Of a stretch of DNA of 34,045 nt, positions 13,031 to 24,512 are shown piece by piece. Position 1 is the first letter of the stretch. Each line of letters begins with the position of its first letter. The notes beneath the pieces were generated by a model. The model did not search any database. It was not told the origin of the DNA and worked only from the letters and a program-made list of their open reading frames with translations. The stretch is from Octopus sinensis (taxonomy: Eukaryota). The stretch lies in NCBI RefSeq assembly GCF_006345805.1, contig NW_021831907.1, positions 1 to 34,045 on the forward strand, in the 5' to 3' direction. Both the position numbers and the translations under genes were made by a program.

Positions 13031-13263
13031 CCTATTTCTTTACTACCCACAAGGGGCTAAACACAAAGAGGACTAACAAAGACAGACAAACGGATTAATT
13101 CGATTACATCGACCCTAGTGCGTAACTGGTACTTATTTAATCGACCCCGAAAGGATGAAAGGCAAAGTCAACCTCGGCGGAATTTGAACTCAGAACGTAG
13201 CGGCAGACGAAATACGGCTACGCATTTCGCCCGGCGTGCTAACGTTTCTGCCAGCTCGCCGCC
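13031..13263 (-). mobile_element. SINE family B, young full-length copy with 13-bp TSD
   Basis: Nearly identical to the 11760 copy; attgtacacaata duplicated at 13018-13030 and 13271-13283. Confidence 0.95.
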
Positions 13264-13419
13264 TTCTGATATTGTACACAATATCAGAAGAAGCAAGACT
13301 AAAAAATAAAAAAAAGGACGATGTTAAAGATGGTCGGGATTGGGGCGCATCTAAATGAAACAGAAGAAACCATTGTGAAATTGAGAAGGCAACACAAATG
13401 AAAAGCACAAACCAAATCA

Positions 13420-14190
13420 AATGGAGTCTCAGAGCTCTAATGGATAAATAAGACTATTACATAGCAAACATCCTACAAAGGCCAGTGATCTTGATGCTGT
13501 TGATCCATCAGTGACTGGCTGCGCCTGGTCTTAAATCTGAAACAGGAAGTTTCATTGTTGCTGCTCAGGATTTGTGCCTGCTCGCAAGAAATTAGGGAGA
13601 GTTTACGAAAAAAACAGAAGACGAAGACAAGTGGTGTAGGAAACAAACAGATGTATTATTAGTATAACGCTCAGGAATAGAAAGTCTTTTACATTTCGAG
13701 CCTACGCTCTTCTACAGAAAGGGGTACAGAAAAAAAAAAAACAAGGAGAGAAAAAAATTACCTCGTCAATATTCTTTAAAACGGTGTTGATCTTAACTGC
13801 TGCTTTTGTGGTACAACCAGAGAAACAATTGACCACTTCATCTCTGGATGCTCTATGTTAGCCTGAAATAAATATATTCCGCCGTGATAGACTTGGACAC
13901 TATTCGAATTGGATGTATGACCTAAGAACTAGTGAGAGTATAAGCTTGCCAAAGTCGTAGAAAATAAAGAAGTCACCGTTCTTTGAGACTTCAGTATTCG
14001 ATCTGGTTGAAGTTATTCACGTCAGTAGACCAGATATTGTGGTAAAATCGACACATCAATCCCTGCAGATTGCAAAGCCAAGATTTGTGGTATCTAACAA
14101 CAACTTTACCTGTAATCACCGACACTCTTAAATAACATGATCAAATACCAGGAAACCCCAAAACATCATGTTCCTCCTCTAAGAAAATCA
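13420..14190 (+). pseudogene. Dead 3' portion of a restriction-like-endonuclease (R4/Dong-like) non-LTR retrotransposon
   Basis: Manual translation: IHQ*LAAPGLKSETGSFIVAAQDLCLLARNY (13503-13594). After removing the 13595-13760 insert it continues LVNIL*NGVDLNCCFCGTTRETIDHFISGCSMLA (CCHC knuckle), then KVVENKEVTVL*DFSI and RPDIVVK (14027-14047, PD motif). Boundaries approximate. Confidence 0.82.
13595..13760 (-). mobile_element. Short Penelope-like terminal-repeat insertion with hammerhead-like motif
   Basis: Interrupts the LINE reading frame, flanked by aaatta (13589-13594 / 13755-13760). Minus strand cttt-CTGTAGA-a-gagc-gtag-gctc-GAAA-t-GTA-aaag at about 13687-13721. Confidence 0.65.
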
Positions 14191-14420
14191 ATATCTGAAT
14201 CTTTTAAACTCTTTCAAAATAACAAATTTTAGAACAAATTTTTAATAAAATCTTAATACTTGATATTTGGTCTCTTTTCCCTGGAATATATCATTGTTAC
14301 TCATGAATATCACCCACAATAAAACGACCATCTTGGGTTTTTTTACGTACGGTCTCTGGTTGAAACTTAAAATATCTTGTATAAACTAAAGCAGCAACAA
14401 CAACAACAATAATAATAATT

Positions 14421-14625
14421 GTTTCAAATTTTGGCTCAAGGCCAGCATTTTTGAGATGAAAAAATTTAGTCGATTACATTGACCCCGATGTTTGACTAAC
14501 CCCGATGTTTGACTGACCCCGAAAAGATGAAAGTTAACCTCGGCGGGATTTCAGCACCGAAGTTAAATAACCGAAACAAATAACATTTTCTCTGATGCCA
14601 TAATGATTCTGTCAGCTTGCCACCT
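14421..14625 (-). mobile_element. Degenerate SINE family B (older subfamily, alternative tail)
   Basis: tttcaaattttggctcaaggccagc tail, gtcgattacattgacccc, gaaaagatgaaag, aacctcggcgggattt; contains a local tandem duplication of accccgatgtttgact. Confidence 0.7.
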
Positions 14626-15202
14626 CAATAATGATAATAATAATAATATTTTACAGAACTTTGAATTGATATTTACTAACAAGGTTTCGCTCAAATATGA
14701 TTAGCAGTTAAGCCTAATATGCTACACTGCCATGTATATATTTTAAAAATCCTTGGATGAAAAATATCCGTCGGAATTTCCCCTCCTTTCCCACTCCCCC
14801 CTACCGAAACACTAGCAATAAAAGACAAAGCAGCAACAACGGCAAGGAACGTTGGTTTGTGAATATTATACAATATATGATAGACACTATCAAAACTGTC
14901 AGACAGAAAATAACGGAAGTAGAAAAAATATAAAATATAAACATGCAGAAAAAGAAACAAAAGACTTTTCCTGTAAGTTGGTTTGTCTTAGAAGGAGAAA
15001 TCTTCGATATGCAAGATTAACTTTTAAGACTTAGGTAGACAGTCAAATAACGTAGACAGCCAAATTTATGATATCAATATACTTTATAACATTCTTTAAA
15101 AACATAGCGCTCATTTTGTATACGCCCATTAGGTGTATTTTTAGATAGACTGACAAGATTATGTTACACTAGTCGAAAAAGCAAATACAATTGGAAGGGT
15201 CC

Positions 15203-15246
<44 letters not shown>

Positions 15247-15746
15247 ACGTGTGGATGTCGTGTATGTGTATCGCCCTTTAGATCGCTTTATAAATTCCTT
15301 ATGTGAAACATAGAACAAACCCGAAACTTCTAAGCAACGTTTGTTGTGACGCAAATTTAAGATAGAAATTTGAACTCAGTGACAGCTGTTTAATGGCCAT
15401 GTGAGTAAGTTCTTTAAATTTGCATCATTTCATTCGTCGCGAGCAGTCGCCCCCCCCCCCCGCACCCTGTAAAAATGCATGAATTCTACAGTTATCCTCA
15501 TTTTCTCTTCTGCTCTATAGTTTATTTGTACTTGATCAAAAGAAATTAAACTGATAGAAACAGAAAAAAAAAAAAAAACCCAGTTAAAGACCGTTATTAT
15601 GTTTTAAATTCTCTTGGCTGATCAGTTGTGGTTGTTGTTATTTGACTCTAGGTCAGAACAGAACTATGATCAAAAATGTTCAAGCGGGAATAATTTCAAT
15701 CTTAATTTCAGACGTTACACACATCTATAATAATAATAATAATAAT

Positions 15747-15958
15747 GGCTTCAAATTTTGGCACACTGCCAGCAATTTCTGGGGAGAGAGTAAGTCGATT
15801 GCATCGAATCCAGTGCTCAACTGCTACTTATTTTTTTGATCCCTTAAGGATGGAAAGCAAAGTCGACTTCAAAGAAATTTGAACTCAGAACGTAGCAACG
15901 GACGAAATGCCGCTAAGCATTTTACCCAGCGTGCTAACGATTCTACTAGCTCGCTGCA
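15747..15958 (-). mobile_element. SINE family B older subfamily
   Basis: aaggatggaaagcaaagtcgac, aatttgaactcagaacgt, gtgctaacgattct; tail ttcaaattttggcac; flanked by (AAT)n on both sides. Confidence 0.85.
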
Positions 15959-15990
15959 CTAGTAATAATAATAATAATAATAATAACAAT

Positions 15991-16150
15991 CCTTTCTACT
16001 ACGGGCACAAGGCCTGAAGTCTGGGGTGGGGGGAACACCTGTGCTACTCTGGTACTTATTTCATCGACCCTGAAAAGACGAATGACAGTGTTTTCCTCGG
16101 TGGAATTTGAACTCCGAACGCAAAGCTAGAAGAAATGCCACTACGCATTC
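15991..16150 (-). mobile_element. SINE family B, 5'-truncated, third tail type
   Basis: cctttctactacgggcacaaggcctgaa tail, ggtacttatttcatcgaccc, ggaatttgaactc. Confidence 0.75.
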
Positions 16151-16924
16151 ACATAGTCAATCATTGTGTAAAATATTACACACTAGTTATCCCCGTGCCG
16201 TAAAAAATGACGGCTAATTCTAGTATTTTATATATGAATATAGATGGTAAATCAAATTAATACATTTGTCAATGTTATCTAGTGGTTTGTCTTTTGAGAT
16301 GTGCCATCGATCATAGTTTGTTGTTGAAAGAAATCTGGTTCACACATACATTCACATACTTCCCTTGTACACGTACACACATACACCCATACAGAGTTGA
16401 AACGCTGTTTGATTTTTCTTTTCATCGTTGAATATTCACCATCCCACTTTCATTGCGCACACACATACAAACGTTCATATACTTCCCTTTTGTATACGCA
16501 CACATATACTCACACAGAGTTGAAACGCTCCCACTACCATTCTACCGTCACCCCGTCCTTATTCATCTATCACCCTTTCCTTTCTCATTCATATGTTCTG
16601 ACGGAGAAAAGCATAAGAGTATTATTATAGTAGATTATCGTTTTTTTTACAGACGCGCTAGAATGCTGTTGTCCGGGAAAGAAGGCAGTCGTTAGTTTAA
16701 AAGGTCTATTTCAACTCCGTTTTGTTGCTGTCTTTTCCATCCTAAATGGAGATAAGAGATGGTGGCGAAGGGATTATACTAATCCTGTATAAATTCATTA
16801 TTTCAAACACATTGTTTATTATTATAACATAGATAAATTTTATTTTTTTAATTCTTAGAACATTACTTGATGTTTATTAACCCCAAAATAAAAGGAAATT
16901 ACACAAATCCTTGCTAATCCAGTC

Positions 16925-17270
16925 AGTGAGGTTTAGAAGGCTCGGTTTTTGATACCGTAGTTTCAGGTTCAATCCACTGTATAGTACTTTGAACAAATGT
17001 CTTTTAATATAGCCCCGGGCCACCAATGCTTTGCGAGTGAATTTGGCAGACAGAAATTTTATGGAAGTCCATTGTGCATGTGTGTTTCCCTTGCACCACC
17101 GCTCGACAACGGTGTTGATCGTTTATGTCCTCGAAATTTAGTGTTTCGCCAAAAGCGACCGATAGAACGAGTAACCGACTTAAATCACTGGTGGTGATTT
17201 GTTCGACTGAACACTTGAAGGCGGTGCTTCGGTATGGCCGCAGTCGAATGACTGAAACAAGTAAAGGATG
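16925..17270 (+). mobile_element. SINE family A, diverged
   Basis: atagccccgggc, gagtgaatttggcagacagaaa, gcggtgcttcggtatggccgcagtcgaatgactgaaacaagtaaa. Confidence 0.85.
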
Positions 17271-17284
17271 AAAAAAAGATCTCT

Positions 17285-17410
17285 TCTTACTCTCTATGTT
17301 CTGAATTCAAATTCTGCTGCGGACAAATTTGCCTCGAGGTCGATAACACAAGGGACCTATCGACCTCCTCCCAAAGTTGCTAGCTTTGTACCTAAACCAA
17401 GAATCATTAT
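17285..17410 (+). mobile_element. Degenerate, internally deleted SINE B fragment
   Basis: gttctgaattcaaattctgc...tttgcc...ggtcgataa...aaagttgctagctttgtacc. Confidence 0.55.
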
Positions 17411-17596
17411 TTTTTTTTCTCTCTTGTTTCTAAATATGAAACAAACTAAATAGAATGTTAGTGTGTCACAGATGAAATATAAAACAATAATCGTCAGTGA
17501 AGGGAAAGAATAAGGATAAAACTCCTTCACAAATTATATAAACTTATAAGGCCACCATGGATATGGCTGCCGGTCTATGCAGGATTACTCATTTTT

Positions 17597-17729
17597 AGTG
17601 GGAGAGGACACGGGAGCAGCGTGAAATTAAGGGCTTTGTCACAACACAAGGCATTACCCGGTCGAGGAATCGAAACCACAGTCTCACGATCATGATTCCT
17701 ATACCCGAATCTCTAAGCTATGCGCCTCC
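17597..17729 (-). mobile_element. tRNA-derived SINE head of a third family (D), diverged
   Basis: Minus strand ggaggcgcatagcttag (A-box-like), gtggtttcgattcct (B-box), then ttgtgttgtgacaaagcccttaatttcacgctgctcc (CORE/V-like). Confidence 0.6.
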
Positions 17730-17840
17730 TCTAAATGAAGGGGGGAAATATTTTTCTAAGAAACCTATTTTTTGTGTAATGGATATTCCAGCCAAAATTA
17801 TACATACACACACACCACACACACCACACACACACACCAC

Positions 17841-17884
<44 letters not shown>

Positions 17885-18029
17885 GATATATATATATATA
17901 TATATACACACACAATACATACATACATACATATATACATAAACATATCCTTTGTTATGTGCACATATATGTCCCGGTAGTAAATCTCTCACTCTCTTTC
18001 TGTATCTCATCATCATCATTATTGTTTAT

Positions 18030-18375
18030 ATATTATTATTATTATTTGCCTGGAATCGAACTCGGAATCTTGGGTTAGCAGCCTGCGCTCTTAACCGTGG
18101 TTAAGAACGCTGGATACTGACCCCAAGATTCCGAGTTCGATTCCAGCAGTGACCTGATAGATAATAATAATAATAATAATAATAACAACAACAACAACAA
18201 CATCGTAAAATACCTTAGGAATGAGAACCCAGGTTCGAAATTTCCCCAAGACACCTGATGAAGGCTGGAGAGTATATCAGCCGAAACGTTGTGTTAACAA
18301 CAAAAAAAGATGAGGACAAATATCCGTCGAATGTAAATAATGTAAATAATTCCTCATCTCTTAAATATAGAAATG
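18030..18375 (+). mobile_element. Composite element: inverted-duplicated tRNA-like head + (AAT)n(AAC)n + hammerhead-containing tail
   Basis: Perfect 25-bp IR 18050-18074 / 18122-18146 centred at 18097-18098; tggttaag A-box and gagttcgattcc B-box on both arms; hammerhead at 18250-18295. Confidence 0.75.
18250..18295 (+). ncRNA. Minimal type I hammerhead ribozyme motif
   Basis: Stem I gacac/gtgtt, core CTGATGA (18255-18261), stem II ggctg/cagcc, GAAAC, palindromic AACGTT stem III typical of dimer-acting Penelope-associated hammerheads; cleavage triplet GUU. Confidence 0.8.
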
Positions 18376-19015
18376 TAATATTTGTATTGTAATATTTGTA
18401 TGTCGTTCATTTACTAGACACTAGCTACTGAGTTATTTTTCTTAGCTCATTTCTGTTTCGATTATATATAAATGTGTGTGATATATGTGTGTGTGTGTGT
18501 GTGTGTGTTTATCTGCGTGTGTATTTATGTCTGTGCGTAATGTATGAATGAATCAGTTCTCTTAATTTTCTTTAAAAATTAGCAAGTAAATTCAGCAACA
18601 GTCTATAATCTGTCCTTTAATAATTATAATTATTTCTCTTTCGTTAATTAAACGCGGCTTACAATAAAATTTTAATGGGAAAGTTAACAATTCGAGTTTA
18701 AAAAAGCAAAAGAAAAAACTTTTTTCTCATAACATAATTATAAAAATAATGAAAATAATTTGTTTCTGCTTTACTTCGATAATTACATGCTCACATACGA
18801 TAGTGTGTGCACCATATATATATATATATATTATATATATATATATATATATACTGGTGTATACGTATGTTTGTATGTGTGTAAATATATGCATATATGT
18901 AGGTATAGATGCATGTTTACATGTATGTAAATATACATATATGTATACAATCATGTATATATATTTGTATTTGTTTACGTATGCATACATATACTTTGTA
19001 TATATGTTTTAGTTT

Positions 19016-19242
19016 GCGGTGAGCTGGCAGACACGTTAGCGCGCCGGGCGAAATGCTTAGCAGTATTTCGTCTGCCATTACGTTCTGAGTTCAAATTCCG
19101 CTGAGGTCGACTTTGCCTTTCATCCTTTCGGGGTCGATGAAATAAGTACCAGTTATGCACTGGGGTTGATATAATCGACTTCATCTGTTTGTCTGTCCTT
19201 ATTTGTCCTCTCTATGTTTAGCCCCTTGTGGGGAGTAAAGAA
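19016..19242 (+). mobile_element. SINE family B, full length with perfect 16-bp TSD
   Basis: atatatgttttagttt at 19000-19015 and 19243-19258; body matches the 6550 copy. Confidence 0.95.
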
Positions 19243-19307
19243 ATATATGTTTTAGTTTTATATATATGTAATTTGTATGAATGTATTTATCCATCCATCT
19301 AAACAAA

Positions 19308-19358
<51 letters not shown>

Positions 19359-19484
19359 ACACATATACACCCAAAAGTGTTTTTCAACCCAATATTTACT
19401 TGCTGTTATTTATAGCTTTATGTGTCTACTTCGAGACTCAATTCCAAAAGAGAATCATGTGTGTATTCATGAATTTTTTATGTA

Positions 19485-19532
<48 letters not shown>

Positions 19533-20323
19533 TATGGGCTCGTTTGGGCAGGCATCTAAAAATGTTTGTGCATCTTGATGCTGACATAAGTTCCTTACTT
19601 TTCCTGAAGAGAAGACGGCATAATGCACCCCTTATTCCTTCGAAACATATGTCGAAAATAAAATAAAGGAATTTTGTTAATTCGTCGTTCAACTCCATTC
19701 TTTCATTATTTGTATTAAAAAAAACACACAAATTTCCACACGATAGCACGTGATCTCTCTGCCTAGGCATGTAGCTTCAACCGTGTTTTTCTGACGTGAA
19801 TTTGCTACCCAGTTATCGGTTAACCGAATTATCCATAATAAGATAATTCATTCAACTACTCAATAAATATATATATATAATATCGTTCGTATGGGAGAGA
19901 CAGGTGGGGAGGAGAAAGAAAGGGTTTGTGTATGTACATTTATGTATGTTTGTTTATGCGATGTGAATGGTGATACTTTTTTGACGAAAGCAACGCATTT
20001 ATGAGCATCAGACGAACGTTGACAACGATTGAATGCCGGCGTCAATTTGAACTTGGAACTTAAATGACATGTACCATAAAGCTATTTTCATCTGCCTTTG
20101 GTACCGACTTCGGCAATCCACCCCACACGACTCGTGAATCCCTTAATGACGTTCACTCCTGGTACGCTGGTATAATTTTTATGAATAGCGTCTCTATGTG
20201 CATGTTCTGTAATATTTGTTTCGTCTTGCTTTCTATGCCTGTTCTATTAACCAGCTACAAAGTTCATCATCAACACCATGAGTTTTTGAGATTGTAGATG
20301 AGGCAATTTTATTGTCAAAAGAA

Positions 20324-20325
<2 letters not shown>

Positions 20326-20400
<75 letters not shown>
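20326..20400. repeat. (CT)n microsatellite
   Basis: About 37 perfect CT units. Confidence 0.98.
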
Positions 20401-20403
<3 letters not shown>

Positions 20404-20559
20404 CAACAATGTTCATCATGATAGTGTGATTCGACGGGTTGTTTTCTTGCTCTACCACTTACTGGATTCCTGTTTGGTATCGTGTTATATACGTCACAGT
20501 GTTGTTGACTGTGAAAATTGTTAATTATTTTCGATAGTATGCTTGAAACGAAACATTGC

Positions 20560-20735
20560 TGTCTCTGACTTAATCTACGCATGGCAAAATTGACTTCCAG
20601 CCGTGACCATCATCACCCCTTTCTGTATGTCATAGGCTATCTCCGCCTGCATTATTCCATGTGGAACCCTGCTCTTTTTAAAAGTATCTGATACGATGTA
20701 AATTTAGCTGTTAATCCTAGCAGGTTAAGGGTCCT
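20560..20735 (+). repeat. Dispersed repeat family C
   Basis: ttccagccgtgaccatc...cattattccatgtg...aatttagctgttaatcctagcagg in the same order as the 6440 copy. Confidence 0.55.
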
Positions 20736-20922
20736 CATGGAGAATCCCTTCTTCAGCTTCTGTTTCATGATGTCTTCATAGTTTTAGCTCCTCAGTATAT
20801 TAAATATAGGACAACGTTAGCATTACTGACGTTGCTGTTTTGCTTGGGTCGGCTTTGATTGAGTAGACACACACACGGTCAAAGTTATTCTACTCGTAAC
20901 GATCTTGTTATTGTTGCTGTTG

Positions 20923-20923
20923 T

Positions 20924-20985
<62 letters not shown>
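20923..20985. repeat. (CTA)n to (CTG)n compound trinucleotide repeat
   Basis: Direct reading of the sequence. Confidence 0.95.
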
Positions 20986-21332
20986 GCTGCACTACTGCTA
21001 CTCATTTGTAGGTCATTATATAACCTGCTGAGGCTGGTGACACTTTAGTCAATTGACATTTGTTTATTTAAAAGCAATCAACTTAAGAGTTAATAATCTA
21101 GAGGCTGGACAATTAAATACAAATTTGTGTTGCTGTTTTATGATTACTTTATTTTTAATCAGTGAAATGTGATAAACAACGACTACGGAAGTGTTTGCGC
21201 GCGCAAGCGCACTTACACACACACACACAACACAACACACACAAATACACACACGGTTCAGCATCGAATAAGTTTACATAGTTAAACAAAGCGGAAATTG
21301 CTAATTTATGTGTGTGTGTGTATGTGTGTATT

Positions 21333-21660
21333 GGTGCCGGTGTGGCTGTGTGGTAAGAAGTTCACTTCCCAACCACATGGTTCCGAGTTCAGTCCCACGG
21401 CGTGCCATCTATGACAAAGCATTTTGATTGACAGAAACTGAAAAGAAGCCGTATCATATGCAGGTGTTTGTCTCCTACCCCCACCGCTTAAGAATCTGTT
21501 GGTTTGTTTACGTCACCTTAATTTAGCAGTTCGCCAAAAGAGGCTAATAAAATAGTACCAGATTAATAAAAAATAAGTATTGAAGTTGACTTGTTCGACT
21601 AAACCCTTCCAGACGGTGCTCCCAAATATGGCCATTGATTGAAACAAGTAAAAGTTAAAA
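21333..21660 (+). mobile_element. SINE family A, diverged with internal deletion
   Basis: ggtgccggtgtggctgtgtggtaagaag head, ccgagttcagtccc, acagaaactgaaaagaagcc, tail gaaacaagtaaaag. Confidence 0.87.
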
Positions 21661-21880
21661 GCTATATAACGGGTTAAATTTTAAGGGCCCACATTTAAAA
21701 AAAAATTCTGCCAAACATCCTCAGAGATCTGCAAGATGTAAATGTAAAAGTTTTTCAAAGAATGTTTGGACAAATTTCTACCAGAGGTACCATAAGGCGG
21801 CAGGAGACGCAAAGAAGACCGGTTCCATTCAATTCGCTTCTTTAACAGAAACGATACAGAAAAGAAAACTAATTGCACTG

Positions 21881-21939
21881 AAAGGCAGTGCCCCAGCATG
21901 GCCTCAGCCTCTGACTGAAACCAGTAAAAGATAAAAGAG
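21881..21939 (+). mobile_element. SINE family A 3' tail fragment
   Basis: aaggcagtgccccagcatggcc...tgactgaaaccagtaaaagataaaag. Confidence 0.75.
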
Positions 21940-21947
21940 CGCGCGCG

Positions 21948-22000
<53 letters not shown>

Positions 22001-22093
22001 TTACTGTTCCGTTATTGGTGGAGTCAGCAAAAAAAAAAAAAAGGTATTCCATTCAGTGAGAGATAGATATCATTTAATATACAGAGTATTTAA

Positions 22094-22307
22094 GGCGTCG
22101 AGCTGGCGGGATTGGTAGCACGCTGAGCAAACGCTTAGCAACATTTCTTCCCTCTTTACGTTCTGATTTCAAATTCCACCGTGGTTGATTTTGCCTTTCA
22201 TCCTTTCGATGTTGATAAAATGAGTACCATTTTATCGAGCGCTGGGGTGGAAGTGATTGACTTATACCCTCCCGCGAGAATGCTGGCCTAGTGCTAAAAT
22301 TTGAAAT
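22094..22307 (+). mobile_element. SINE family B older subfamily
   Basis: ggcgtcgagctggc head, ttgcctttcatcctttcg, tail tgctggcctagtgctaaaatttgaaa; imperfect flanking repeat atatacag(ag)tatttaa. Confidence 0.85.
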
Positions 22308-22631
22308 CAGTATATACAGTATTTAAAAAAAGAGCCACTAATAGTTTCATGCTGTGGTAACCCAATAAATGAACATTTTTGTTGTCTTCACTGCAGGAAA
22401 CTGATAGTAGCTCATATTTAAGTACTGTGTATATTAAATGATATATATATTATATCATGCATGTTGTATACACACACACGCGTGTGCATTCTCAATCTGT
22501 GTATAATATACATCGTGGAAAGATGGACGTACAGTGTTAAAAAACTAGAAATATATATCAGTAGTAGGCTGAAACTGTTCAGCAATGGTATTTACTTTGC
22601 TAAAAACGGGTTTCTCTCCGATTTTGTTTTA

Positions 22632-22808
22632 AAAAGCTCACTTTGCAACCATGAGGTTTCGTGTTCAATCCTGATGCGTGCCTCTTGAGCGAGTGACTTT
22701 ACTACATACAGCGCGGGTTAACCAATTCCTTGTGAGTTTATTTGATAGACAGAAACTCTGTGTGTGTGTATGTTTTGCTTGACAACCGGTGTTGGTTTAT
22801 TTACGTCC
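22632..22808 (+). mobile_element. SINE family A degenerate fragment
   Basis: gtgttcaatcc, ccttgtgag, gatagacagaaact, gcttgacaaccggtgttggtttatttacgtcc. Confidence 0.65.
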
Positions 22809-23111
22809 ATTTACGTGAAACACGTAAATGACTCGATGCAATGCATGTTACCTTACACACCTGCCAGACCTGTTGATAAGAAATGCCTTGGGCGTTGGGC
22901 TTAAGACTGAGCTGGGAATTGAGTAAGCTTCCTAGTTTGTATCTGAATTGCATACATCACGTTTAAGATACGTTGCTGCTGCATTTGTAACATTTGCTTC
23001 TTAGAATTTTAATTTTTCGACCCTTGGTCAAGACATTCCCGAACAAATCTGTTCAAACGGGTCCTTTATATGTGTGCGGCGCACGTGTTCGTTTGCAGTG
23101 TGTGTGTGTGC

Positions 23112-23145
<34 letters not shown>

Positions 23146-23307
23146 TAGTAGTGAGACTGAGGAACGACTACTGTATTGTCAAAGTTGCGTTGATATTCGT
23201 CTGTGCTCTCCATTTCACATCCGCTTCTCTCTCGTTTTTGCCTTACTCGCCATCCTTTTACTCTGCCAGTCCGTCAACTCATTCGCTCCCACTCACCCCC
23301 TCACTCT

Positions 23308-23342
<35 letters not shown>

Positions 23343-23551
23343 CATTATCTGTTTTTTCTCTGCTATTACCCTCTCTCTCTCTCTCTCTCTCTTTCTCTTT
23401 CTCTCTCTCTCTCCCCTTATGTTATCTTCCATTTCATACCACAACTCCTGTAATTATGTTGTAGATGCATTTCCTCTTCCTTCCTTATTACATCTCCAGT
23501 GAAACGAACGTTGTTTCATATGAACACTTGCATGATGTGACTGACTCAGGC

Positions 23552-23588
<37 letters not shown>

Positions 23589-24334
23589 TAATAATAATGA
23601 TGATGATTTCCTTTAGGAACCTCCGAGAAAAATCACCAGAGTGTGGTTAAATGCTTTCTCGAAATTGTCCTAATTTTTATTAGGTTGAGTGATTCTGAAG
23701 CCCGCATTGAATAGCTTCTTTATCTGGAAAGCAATTATTTTCAATGACTTTTCATATTCACAAAGCATTCCCGACCTCGTGTCTAACCTTGCCGCTCCGT
23801 TCCGTCAACCACTGCACTTCAATCAGTGCCGTAGCTTTTTTTCCCCCCCGCGCGCGTGCGTGCGTGTGTACGTGTGTGTGTGTGTGTGTGTGTGTGTACG
23901 TGTGCGTGCGTGATCATCCTATGCCAACATCACCATTGCCGCCGCCGCCACCACCCAACTCGCCTGCTGTAACGCAAACATGACGAGTTTAGAGGAGGTT
24001 AGAGTACTTCAATTGCCACGTTGCCTGTCAAAATAAACATGCAGTTGGTGTAAGCCGGGTGACTATTTTTTCACCCCTGCCTATTTACTACAATGATGCT
24101 GTTTCCACGTAATTTCGTGACCGAACCCCGGTCCAGTATGTTGTGCGCGTGTGAATGAATATCTCTGCAGCTGTTCATGGAGATGTTTTGATTACATGAA
24201 CAAGAGAATTTATCAGTAATATCTTCAGTTTATTTCATTTTTTTTCAAGGTGATGATTCTTATCGTTACAATCTTAAATAAACAAATAAAATAAAACTTA
24301 AAGCTACTCTATGCTAACAAGGAATTCCTAATGT

Positions 24335-24512
24335 TCTCTGTCAACCTGCAAGAAATAGCAACCAAATCTCTCTCTAATCACATTTCATCTTTATAAAAAG
24401 AAAGCATATTGGATAGCATATTCTTCGTGAACTGTGTCTAGAGAAAAGGCGTGTTTGGTCATGGCCTTTGGTCGTTGGTCTACTGATTCAGAGCTGAGCT
24501 GGCGTTAATAAC
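24335..24512 (-). repeat. Dispersed repeat family C, reverse orientation
   Basis: cctgcaagaaatagcaaccaaatctc and tggtcatggcctttgg are reverse complements of family C motifs. Confidence 0.5.

Noticed and set aside
18098-18150. Functional tRNA gene
   Set aside because: The 5' acceptor stem is missing and the anticodon arm differs between the two arms; it is a tRNA-derived head only.
20823-21005. Poly-Ser ORF
   Set aside because: Product of the (CTA)n/(CTG)n repeat.
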